Source: Nemertoderma westbladi (Eukaryota; Animalia; Xenacoelomorpha). Taken from it: a DNA stretch of 42,587 nucleotides. This document shows positions 25,034-35,921 of this stretch, piece by piece; positions within the stretch are counted from its first letter, which is position 1, and each line of letters opens with the position of its first letter. The notes beneath the pieces were generated by a model. That model was not told where the DNA came from and did no database searches. It was given only the letters and a program-made list of their open reading frames with translations. The translations under genes and the position numbers were made by a program. The stretch lies in contig JAUCBJ010006699.1 in NCBI GenBank assembly GCA_032718475.1, positions 1 to 42,587 on the forward strand. Reading direction: 5' to 3'.

Positions 25034-26275
25034 TGTTCGCGCTTTTGAAGACCTTTAGCAGTTTAACCTGCCAAATTTTATATGTCTTTTAGTTAATTAA
25101 AACCACTTTAGCATACGACAATAATTTATGCTAATACGCAAAACATTAGCCGAAATCAGCCCATGCGCGATCATTCACCCGATGGATCTACACCCGGGAG
25201 ACTGAATTCGGATGCTTGAATTTTATTATTACAGTGTAAGGTTGCAGTGTATACCTAATGTATTATTCGATAGATCGTTAATAATTAATCTCTGACAGAT
25301 ATTATTGGCTTTCGGGAAATATTAACAGTTCCTTTAGGACGTGGCGCTTTATCTATTTAAACAGAACTAAGACTTATACTAAAACGCAACGATACTGCTT
25401 ATGATTAAAGTATAAAGCGTATTCTTTAGGAAATACTTTGTTACCAATCACAATCATACACACTATTCTGCCGACAGTCAGTATATTTGATCACACATAA
25501 AGAGAGCAGTAATTGACTCACGTAGGGTCTGCTAAATAACATTGGATTCAATACACACCACATTAATATAAATCGCAATTGTTATATATAGCCGGTCTCT
25601 CTAACCTGTAGTGTTATCAAGAAAATTGGGAATTGGGTGATTTATCCGTATTATCCAAATAGCAATATTTCCATCAACAAATATTTACAATTAATAACTG
25701 ACGGTAAAATAACAGTACAAACCATATGATTAATGCAATTAAAAGTATCAAGGTGAGATGAGTGATTTAAGTCAGGTAACAGTTTATACTTTCGATAATT
25801 CAAGCAGTTTACGGTACAGCAGTATCTATCCAAAAATGCCGGTGTTTCTGGCTTAGACAGCAATAACAACAAAGTATCAAGAAAAAACAGTAAGACTGAA
25901 CACTCTCCTTATGATCGGCAGAAAAGCTACACGTCGACAGGAAAAACCGCCCTGATTGGCCCAAGCCAAACAAAGAACCACGCGGCCAATGGCTGTTTCC
26001 ATGTCAGCAACCAGCTGCTAGATGTCGTAATATGAATCATCACGGCTAAGCTGTGAAAGGTGGTTGGTGCATTACAAGTTTTTTGTCTTACCATGTCCGC
26101 TAAAACACGTATATAGCAGAATGATTTTTATGTCCGTTAAAACACCTGTAAAGGTACCTTGCGGGCGAGGGGAATATATATACAGTTAGAAAACCTTTTT
26201 TAGAGTATTCCAGCGCCTGGGGGGGAACTGGCCAGCAAAGGCAAACGTATCAGTTATCCCACAAAAGCTTTTACA
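25034..26275 (-). mobile_element. LTR copy A (1242 bp), probable 3' LTR of a minus-strand element
   Basis: TGT...ACA termini. Homology to copies B and C stops exactly at these termini. Preceded on - by a purine tract. No flanking TSD, so not a simple solo LTR. Confidence 0.8.
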
Positions 26276-26283
26276 CCGCTCCC
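26276..26283 (-). promoter_or_regulatory. Polypurine-tract-like GGGAGCGG abutting LTR A
   Basis: Minus strand reads ...tGGGAGCGG|TGTAAAAGC. Short, with one C. Confidence 0.5.
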
Positions 26284-26353
26284 AGAAAATGGGATTTAAG
26301 TCTATAAAATATACAAAATCACAGTTTCTAAAATACAAAAATACTCTAAACAG

Positions 26354-27457
26354 TTAGTCTTTCTTGCGCGGACGGCGTTTACGCAGTTTTTTGAAGCTAG
26401 CAAGAGTCCTTTTCTCTTCGGGGCGAGCCACTTTACTAGGAGGGCTATAACTCCTGGGTGAAGGGTGCAATATGATTGCATCAGAAGGTATGGGATTGCG
26501 ATCGGTATATCCGCCGGTCGAAGTACCGGGTTGATTAACATCAACGTCAGGGGAGAGGGGTCTAACGGCTTTGAGAGCTCGTTTCAAGACAGCCGCTCTT
26601 ACGGGTCCTTTACGAGTGGTCTGAACGAGGGCCGTGGGTGGACCATAGGCCGTTAGAAACTTCCTTGGTTTAATGGTTCTTTCTAACTCGCGTTCGCGGG
26701 CTCGATACTCGTAAGGCCGTCGATATACTTCTTGTAACTCAGGGTGTGAGTTGACGAATAAGTCTCCATAGGCAGGGTCTTGACGGATAAAGTTTATTAA
26801 GTTGTAAGACTGGATGTCACTCGGATTAATGCTCCTGAGAAATTTACGCACATATTTGGTTGAAATACATTCTCCAACGCGCTTCAATAGTTCATAACTT
26901 GATAGGCGCGATTTCTGCTCGACGGAGGCAAACAAATATGGATGGAACGCATAAACTCCTTCATAGGCGCGTCCGGGATAATAGCGATGGCGTGAGTCAC
27001 AATGTAAATCAGCGTTCGCTTCCCAAGCTCTTATATAACGTAGTACAATCATTTCATCTACGCTCTCTAAATCATGGTTAAAGGGACAATCAAAGCTGGC
27101 GTGTCCTTTTAATTGACAATGATGGCATTGAGTCATAAATTGGGGGCAGACGGCAAAAATGTGCAAATTATTAAGCCGACAATATGCACAATAGATTTCC
27201 ATCGACGGTTGCTCGTGGAAATAGGAACAAAGATCGTTGGTGTCCATAGACGTAATATGGTCTCTCGATGCGCACAGCCGACAACGTTGTCGAGAAACAT
27301 AATTGGCATGGCGATAATCATACGCAGTAAGACACTGTGGACCTTGATACCATTCCAATATATAGTCACTATCGCTACTCCGAGCCGTGGGGGGCTGAAT
27401 CTCTTCCGATTCTAAACATATGGGTTCATCTTCCCCTTGTATAGTTGAGGTAGGCAT
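26354..27457 (-). CDS. 367-aa protein with three CCHC-type zinc knuckles and a basic C-terminus; retroelement accessory or gag-like ORF
   Basis: CRLCASRDH-x9-C, CAYCRLNNLHIFAVC and CHHCQLKGHASFDC; tail KKLRKRRPRKKD; ATG in gccATG context; stop lies 78 bp from LTR A. Confidence 0.8.
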   Translation of the reverse strand: MPTSTIQGEDEPICLESEEIQPPTARSSDSDYILEWYQGPQCLTAYDYRHANYVSRQRCRLCASRDHITSMDTNDLCSYFHEQPSMEIYCAYCRLNNLHIFAVCPQFMTQCHHCQLKGHASFDCPFNHDLESVDEMIVLRYIRAWEANADLHCDSRHRYYPGRAYEGVYAFHPYLFASVEQKSRLSSYELLKRVGECISTKYVRKFLRSINPSDIQSYNLINFIRQDPAYGDLFVNSHPELQEVYRRPYEYRARERELERTIKPRKFLTAYGPPTALVQTTRKGPVRAAVLKRALKAVRPLSPDVDVNQPGTSTGGYTDRNPIPSDAIILHPSPRSYSPPSKVARPEEKRTLASFKKLRKRRPRKKD

Positions 27458-27468
27458 GGCCGTCTCCT

Positions 27469-30156
27469 TAATAAGGTAGTTTGTGTCTGCGAGAGTAGAA
27501 ATAGCGACTTCGATAAGTTATTATGTAGCTACGTAGTACGGAATTGGGAATCCCGTAATAAGGTAGTTTGTGTCTGCGAGAGTAGAAATAGCGACTTCGA
27601 TAAGTTATTATGTAGCTACGTAGTACGGAATTGGGAATCCCGTAATAAGGTAGTTTGTGTCTGCGAGAGTAGAAATAGCGACTTCGATAAGTTATTATGT
27701 AGCTACGTAGTACGGAATTGGGAATCCCGTAATAAGGTAGTTTGTGTCTGCGAGAGTAGAAATAGCGACTTCGATAAGTTATTATGTAGCTACGTAGTAC
27801 GGAATTGGGAATCCCGTAATAAGGTAGTTTGTGTCTGCGAGAGTAGAAATAGCGACTTCGATAAGTTATTATGTAGCTACGTAGTACGGAATTGGGAATC
27901 CCGTAATAAGGTAGTTTGTGTCTGCGAGAGTAGAAATAGCGACTTCGATAAGTTATTATGTAGCTACGTAGTACGGAATTGGGAATCCCGTAATAAGGTA
28001 GTTTGTGTCTGCGAGAGTAGAAATAGCGACTTCGATAAGTTATTATGTAGCTACGTAGTACGGAATTGGGAATCCCGTAATAAGGTAGTTTGTGTCTGCG
28101 AGAGTAGAAATAGCGACTTCGATAAGTTATTATGTAGCTACGTAGTACGGAATTGGGAATCCCGTAATAAGGTAGTTTGTGTCTGCGAGAGTAGAAATAG
28201 CGACTTCGATAAGTTATTATGTAGCTACGTAGTACGGAATTGGGAATCCCGTAATAAGGTAGTTTGTGTCTGCGAGAGTAGAAATAGCGACTTCGATAAG
28301 TTATTATGTAGCTACGTAGTACGGAATTGGGAATCCCGTAATAAGGTAGTTTGTGTCTGCGAGAGTAGAAATAGCGACTTCGATAAGTTATTATGTAGCT
28401 ACGTAGTACGGAATTGGGAATCCCGTAATAAGGTAGTTTGTGTCTGCGAGAGTAGAAATAGCGACTTCGATAAGTTATTATGTAGCTACGTAGTACGGAA
28501 TTGGGAATCCCGTAATAAGGTAGTTTGTGTCTGCGAGAGTAGAAATAGCGACTTCGATAAGTTATTATGTAGCTACGTAGTACGGAATTGGGAATCCCGT
28601 AATAAGGTAGTTTGTGTCTGCGAGAGTAGAAATAGCGACTTCGATAAGTTATTATGTAGCTACGTAGTACGGAATTGGGAATCCCGTAATAAGGTAGTTT
28701 GTGTCTGCGAGAGTAGAAATAGCGACTTCGATAAGTTATTATGTAGCTACGTAGTACGGAATTGGGAATCCCGTAATAAGGTAGTTTGTGTCTGCGAGAG
28801 TAGAAATAGCGACTTCGATAAGTTATTATGTAGCTACGTAGTACGGAATTGGGAATCCCGTAATAAGGTAGTTTGTGTCTGCGAGAGTAGAAATAGCGAC
28901 TTCGATAAGTTATTATGTAGCTACGTAGTACGGAATTGGGAATCCCGTAATAAGGTAGTTTGTGTCTGCGAGAGTAGAAATAGCGACTTCGATAAGTTAT
29001 TATGTAGCTACGTAGTACGGAATTGGGAATCCCGTAATAAGGTAGTTTGTGTCTGCGAGAGTAGAAATAGCGACTTCGATAAGTTATTATGTAGCTACGT
29101 AGTACGGAATTGGGAATCCCGTAATAAGGTAGTTTGTGTCTGCGAGAGTAGAAATAGCGACTTCGATAAGTTATTATGTAGCTACGTAGTACGGAATTGG
29201 GAATCCCGTAATAAGGTAGTTTGTGTCTGCGAGAGTAGAAATAGCGACTTCGATAAGTTATTATGTAGCTACGTAGTACGGAATTGGGAATCCCGTAATA
29301 AGGTAGTTTGTGTCTGCGAGAGTAGAAATAGCGACTTCGATAAGTTATTATGTAGCTACGTAGTACGGAATTGGGAATCCCGTAATAAGGTAGTTTGTGT
29401 CTGCGAGAGTAGAAATAGCGACTTCGATAAGTTATTATGTAGCTACGTAGTACGGAATTGGGAATCCCGTAATAAGGTAGTTTGTGTCTGCGAGAGTAGA
29501 AATAGCGACTTCGATAAGTTATTATGTAGCTACGTAGTACGGAATTGGGAATCCCGTAATAAGGTAGTTTGTGTCTGCGAGAGTAGAAATAGCGACTTCG
29601 ATAAGTTATTATGTAGCTACGTAGTACGGAATTGGGAATCCCGTAATAAGGTAGTTTGTGTCTGCGAGAGTAGAAATAGCGACTTCGATAAGTTATTATG
29701 TAGCTACGTAGTACGGAATTGGGAATCCCGTAATAAGGTAGTTTGTGTCTGCGAGAGTAGAAATAGCGACTTCGATAAGTTATTATGTAGCTACGTAGTA
29801 CGGAATTGGGAATCCCGTAATAAGGTAGTTTGTGTCTGCGAGAGTAGAAATAGCGACTTCGATAAGTTATTATGTAGCTACGTAGTACGGAATTGGGAAT
29901 CCCGTAATACGGTAGTTTGTGTCTGCGAGAGTAGAAATAGCGACTTCGATAAGTTATTATGTAGCTACGTAGTACGGAATTGGGAATCCCGTAATAAGGT
30001 AGTTTGTGTCTGCGAGAGTAGAAATAGCGACTTCGATAAGTTATTATGTAGCTACGTAGTACGGAATTGGGAATCCCGTAGTAAGGTAGTTTGTGTCTGC
30101 GAGAGTAGAAATAGCGACTTCGATAAGTTATTATGTAGCTACGTAGTACGGAATTG
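27469..30156. repeat. Near-perfect 87-bp tandem array (31 x 78-bp core + 30 x 9-bp linker)
   Basis: Period 87 (27469, 27556, ...), total 2688 bp. Only two substitutions noticed (near 29910 and 30081). Confidence 0.98.
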
Positions 30157-30636
30157 CCTACGGGACACTACTAACTGGAATGTAAATCAAAGACCCATAA
30201 AAACGAATTTCCAATGTATTAACCAAAATTGAGACTGATGAAACTCAATTGGAACAGCTCATTACTAGTACGTATTTATTTATTTCTATTCGCCGAATTT
30301 CCAAAAGTTGGTACAATGCTCAAAAAAGCGCATCCCAAAATGTCAACTTTTTTAGTTCATATTTCCAATTTAACAATAATTATATTTATTTTTTCAGTTT
30401 TTTAAATAATTAAATATTTTTTAAACTTATTATTCCAGTACATTTTACATAGCTATTTTTGTTCTTTAATGATTATTTTATCTATGCACTTTTTGAGGAA
30501 TAATATTACTCGGTTTTTCGAAGTGTTTCCACTTTTAATGTGTTTCTACTTGTGGTGTGTTTCACTTTTGATGTGATGACACATTTGATGTATTTTCACT
30601 TTTGATGTATTCCCACTTTTAATATGTTTCACTTTT

Positions 30637-30792
30637 GAGCTACCGGTATCTTTTAGGGTTTAGGGCCTACCTGTTACAATTCGCACTCGAGCTACCGGTA
30701 TCTTTTAGGGTTTAGGGCCTACCTGTTACGATTCGCACTCGAGCTACCGGTATCTTCTAGGGTTTAGGGCCTACCTGTTACGATTCGCACTC
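30637..30792. repeat. 52-bp tandem repeat x3, preceded by a degenerate ~20-bp repeat (30520-30636)
   Basis: GAGCTACCGGTATC... starts at 30637, 30689 and 30741. Confidence 0.9.
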
Positions 30793-31288
30793 AACATAGA
30801 TCCTGATGATTTCGGTCTGTCCAACATCGTATAAACTTTCGGTTTTGTGTTTGAGTACCAAACAATTCGAGGATCTGTGGAATCAATATTAAATTGTCCC
30901 CAAGGTGTTGATGTCACTGATACAATATTAAGATTGACAGGATAGATTTAATTAATACATTTAAGTAAAAACAATAACATTAATGGATTTATGTAATATT
31001 TTCATACATACTGTATTTTCCCTAAAGCTTTGCAGCTTTATATCCAAGTGGGTCCTTTTATGTTACTTGGTTACAAATACGATACACGTCATGTACAATA
31101 TACTGTAATGTACACTACGCTAACCTAAACCAAATATAAAACGTAGTTACACTCTGTACAACTTTAATGACCACGTGACAATGCTCAACTCAACGATAAA
31201 GATGTATGGCAAAATAGTTAATTAATAATACAACAATAATTATCACGTATTAAGTGATACTGTATTAAGTCACACTATCATGCCATTC

Positions 31289-32405
31289 TGTACGCGCTTT
31301 TGAAGACCTTTAGCAGTTTAACCTGCCAAAATTTATATGTCTTTTGGTTTATAAATAGACTTTAGTAAATGACAAGTATTTAATACCAATAAACACAACA
31401 TTAGCCGAAGCCAGCCTAGTGCGCGTCCATTCACCCGCTGGATATACCCGGGAGACTGGATTCGGATGGGGCTTAGATTTTATTATTGCAGTGTAAGCGT
31501 ACTGGATTATTCGATTGATCGTTAATAAATAATTTCTGACCAATATTATTCACTTTCGGGAAATATTAACAGTTCCTTTAGGACGTGGCGCTCTATCTAG
31601 GTAAACAGAGATATGACTTATACTAAACACAACTGTAAGACTGTAAGGCTTATGATTCACGTATGAGGCGCATTCTTTAGGAAATGCTTAGTTATCAGCC
31701 ACAATCATGCACACTACCAGTAACGCACAATACTGCACACTAATCTGCCGACCGTCAATGAATTTTATCATATATAAAGAGAACAGCAATTGACTCATGT
31801 AGTGCCTATCAAATAGCATTAAACTCACTACAAACCACGATAATATAAGTCGCAATCGCTATATGTAACCTGTCTCTCTAACCTGTAGTGTATCAAGAAA
31901 ATTGGGAAATTTGGGTTCTTTATAGATGTTCTCCAAATAATAATATTCAACCAACTGATACAAATAATAACAACAGTAAAAAGCATTAAGACGGTAGGTT
32001 AAGATATGATATGATTGGTATGTAAGATTGTACCGCATGAGTTGTGTTAATAAGGTTGGGTTGATAACAGTTATACGTTCTATAATCTAAGCCTACTAAT
32101 GTTTCTTCTAAAGTCTGAAAACGAATTGACTCTAGAGCCGGTGTTCTTGGCCTAGATAGAAACAACACAACTATAATCAAGAAAAAACCGTAAGACTGAA
32201 CACTGCTAGCACGATCTGTAGAATATCTCCACATCGACAGTAAAAATCGCTCTGATTGGCTGTTAAGCTGAAACAAAGAACCATGTGTCCAACGGCCGTT
32301 TCCATGCCAGCAACCAGCTGTTAGATGTCGTAATCTGAATCATCAAGGCTACACTGTGCTAGAGAATTTGACGCATTGCGGGTTTTGTGCCTTACCATGT
32401 CCGCT
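31289..32405 (-). mobile_element. LTR copy B, lacking ~175 bp at its 5' end where LTR C begins
   Basis: Same orientation as A and shares its terminus (TGTACGCGCTTTTGAAGACC on +). On - it is followed after 3 nt by TGGCATGATAG, a PBS-like position with no tRNA identified. Confidence 0.8.
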
Positions 32406-33688
32406 GTAAAAGCTTCTGTGGGATATAACTGGTCCTTTTGCTTCGCAATCCAGTTTCCCCCCAGGCGCTGGAATACTCTAAAAAAGGTTCTCTAACTGTA
32501 TATATATTCCCCTCGCCCGCAAGGTACCGTTACAGGTGTTTTAACGGACATAAAAGTCATTCTGCTATATACGTGTTTTAGCGGACATGGTAAGGCAAAA
32601 AACCTGCAATGCACCAAATACCTTTCACAGCTTAGCCGTGATGATTCATATTACGACATCTAACAGCTGGTTGCTGACATGGAAACAGCCATTGGCCACA
32701 TGGTTCTTTGTTTGGCTTGAGCCAATCAGAGCGATTTTTCCTGTCGACGTGTAGCTTTTCGGTCGATCATAAGGAGAGTGTTCTGTCTTACTGTTTTTTC
32801 TTGATACTTTGTTGTTGCTATCTAGGCCAGGAACAACGGCTCTAGAGTCAATTCGTTTCATACTTTTAGAGGAAACATTAGTAGGCTTAAATTATAGCGC
32901 GTATGACTGTTATCAATTCAATTCAATTCATATCATAACATATCAATTCACTTATCTTATCATACTTTGTTTCTTACATTATCGGTTCAACATACATTAT
33001 TATACTGCTATTTACTGTTGTGTTTTGGTTGAATATTATTTGGAGAACATATATAAAGAACCCAAATTTCCCAATTTTCTTGATACACTACAGGTTAGAG
33101 AGACGGGTTATATATAGCGATTGCGACTTATATTGTTGTGGTTTGTAGTGAATTTAATGCTATTTGATAAGCACTACATTGGTCCGTTGCTGTTCTCTTT
33201 ATATATGATAAAATTCATTGACGGTCGGCAAATTAGTGAGCAGTATTGTGTGTTACCGGTAGTGTGCATGATTGTGATTGATAACTAAGCATTTCCTAAA
33301 GAATGCGCCTCATATGTGAATCTTAAGCCTTACCGACTTACCGTTGTGATTAGTATAAGTCATATCTCTGTTTACTTAGATAGAGCGCCACGTCCTAAAG
33401 GAACTGTTAATATTTCCCGAAAGTGAATAATATTAGTCAGAAATTAATTATTAACGATCAATCGAATAATACAGTACAGTAAGCTTACACTGCAATAATA
33501 ATCTAAGCCCTCAGAATCCAGTCTCCCGGGAATATCCAGCGGGTGAATGGACGCGCACTAGGCTGGCTTCTGCTAATGTTGTGTTTATTGGTATTAAATA
33601 TTTGTCATCTTCTAAAGTATATTTATAAACCAAAAGACATATAAATTTTGGCAGGTTAAACTGCTAAAGGTCTTCAAAAGCGCGTACA
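32405..33688 (+). mobile_element. LTR copy C (1284 bp), inverted relative to A and B; probable 5' LTR of the BEL/Pao element
   Basis: TGTAAAAGC...GCGCGTACA; reverse complement is colinear with the whole of A. Link to the gag ORF 2.2 kb downstream is inferred from position and orientation only. Confidence 0.8.
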
Positions 33689-33754
33689 ATAACAGTCATT
33701 GACTTTATTGCAGTAAGCAATAAAGTTGAAAGTACCGGTCGACCGGTAAACCTG

Positions 33755-33885
33755 AACCGGTACTTCTGTAGGTCAGTAGGCCCAACTGCCAGAACCGGTA
33801 CTGCTGTAGGTCCGTAGGTCCAACTGCCAGAACCGGTACTTCTGTAGGTCCGTAGGCCCAACTGTCCTAACCGGTACTTCCAGTA
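33755..33885. repeat. 38-bp tandem repeat x ~3.5
   Basis: AACCGGTACTTCTGTAGGTCCGTAGGCCCAACTGCCAG units at 33755, 33793, 33831 and ~33870. Confidence 0.85.
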
Positions 33886-34051
33886 TAAGTACATTAGTAT
33901 TATTCGATTTTGATTATTGTATACCGGTAGGTCTCGATATTAAATCGGGGACGCCTGGTTTTTATTGGGATTTTACTTAGGTCTATTTCTGTCAGTTTTA
34001 TTTCCTAGTGAGTTAATATTGAGCTGAAGACGTGTAAGTCTGCTCAGATTG

Positions 34052-34630
34052 TTCAGATAATTGTAGGCCGGACTGTTGTCGGATTGTTGTTGGGTTTGGA
34101 GAGATTACGGCGTGTGTAGAGTTTGTCCGATAGAGTGCCAGTTAGTAAGTTGGGGCAGCCATAGCTGTAAGGTCAATCCCCTCTTAAAGAATAAGTCGTA
34201 CTACCGTGTTAGAACGCATACTAACTAACAATTTTGGAATCTGCACATACTGTAGTTTATTTAGGCTTGACAGTATTCTGCCAGCGCTTTGGACTGTGTT
34301 TGTTTGTGTGGTCTGTTCAGGTACCGTAATAGTTATTACTCAGATATTTTGTAGGCTGGATTGTTGTCTAGCTATTATTAGGTCTGAAGAGATTGCTGCT
34401 TGTGTAGAGTTTGTCTGATAAAGTGCCAGTTAGTAAGTTGGGGCAGCCATAGCTGTAAGGTCAATCCCCTCTTAAAGAATAAGTCGTACTACCGTGTTAG
34501 AACGCATACTAACTAACCGTTTTGGAATCTGCACATACAGTAGTTTAGTTAGGCTTGGTGGTAGTCTGCCAGCGTTTGGTTTGTATTTGTTTGAGTATTC
34601 TGTACGGGTAGCGTAATATTTATTATTCAG
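34052..34630. repeat. 288-bp tandem duplication in the presumed 5' leader
   Basis: GTTAGTAAGTTGGGGCAGCC...GAACGCATACTAACTAA starts at 34141 and 34429. Confidence 0.9.
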
Positions 34631-35921
34631 AGTTTATGCGATTATTCGCAACATTCATGTCCCCAAGTTCATTCCTACAGTAATTGTGTTTGTTACACAT
34701 ACTGTTATAGTTAAATTAACCCCGGTACTACACGGGCTGCTTGGCGTAGGACAAGACTGGTGATTTTGTGCTCTGGTCACTCCAGCAGATGCCGTGGTTC
34801 TTTTAACTGTTCAAGTATATTTAACTACTGATTATTTGTTGTACCAGTACTTGTACCTAATTTAGGGTTTAGTGTACAGTGCTTTCCGAAGTAATTAGTG
34901 TGTAGGCAGTATATTTGTGTTGTAAAGTGGTTAATAGGCACGCTGGATCTGGTAGTCCGCGGTAATTAACTTCTAGGTAGGAACACTCCGTGATACATAA
35001 CGTAGTACCTATAGCGATACGGTTATAGGTCGTCAGGTGGTGGTATTTTCCTATCTGGACAACGCAGTGTATTTACTACTACTTATTATTTTCAAATACC
35101 GTAGTACCCTGTCCGTTGTAATAACCAGAATTCTAACCCTTTGTTAGACTGGTTTGTAGACTTCCTGTAAAATTACCCTAAAAATTCGTACGTAATATTT
35201 TTGTTGTGTTCAATTATAGATTTAATCTCACCCGTATCGTACGTAATTTGTAGTATTAAGTAACTTAGGTAAATTAGAATTATCTGTTTTAGTGTCCAAT
35301 AAATAGCACTTCACTGAGAGCGCACAGCTTCTGTGTAGTGACACCCCAGAAATAATAACATTTATTTCAAATATTGACAAAACCCCTTTTAAACGGGTAT
35401 ATATTTATTATAAATCAACTCAAACGATTTATAAATAGTAGGCCTGCCATACAACAACTAGGTCTCAAAATCAGTTGGACTACTGCTTAAATAACGGTAA
35501 CAAAGTAAGTTAAAGTAACCAAGTAACCCTAAAATATTCAGAAAATCAATTATTCTAAAATAATTGACATACCGGTATTTACCATAGGCTTATCCTATTT
35601 ATTTCTATAAATTTGAGCTGAAATCATACCGGTATTCTGTAATTAATTCTAGTTCATAATTATACTTATATATACTATAAGTGTAAGCTGTATACCGGTA
35701 TTCACGATAGGCCTATTATATATTTATATATATTTGTGCTAAAATTATATACCGGTACTCTGTGACAAAACCAGTTTACAATACTTATATATATATTATA
35801 AGCGCATACCGGTATTCTAATACTGCAATAAATTACCGGTACTAGGCCAACGGTCATACTGAATTACTAGACTTGCTTTAACTGTAACTATAGCAGTAAG
35901 CATTCAACTGTATAGCTAAAC

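Noticed and set aside
27469-30156. ~900-codon repeat proteins: one stop-free frame on each strand (87 bp = 29 codons)
   Set aside because: Neither frame has a start codon or joins the zinc-knuckle frame, and an open 29-codon frame is expected by chance.
27469-30156. CRISPR array
   Set aside because: Units are identical with no variable spacers.
30653-30770. Telomeric TTTAGGG repeats
   Set aside because: Only two units per 52-bp monomer; not a telomeric array.
25034-33688. Single DNA transposon with 1.25-kb TIRs (A and C)
   Set aside because: No TSD, a third direct copy exists, and each copy has its own TG..CA ends plus a PPT-like tract at A, which fits LTRs better.
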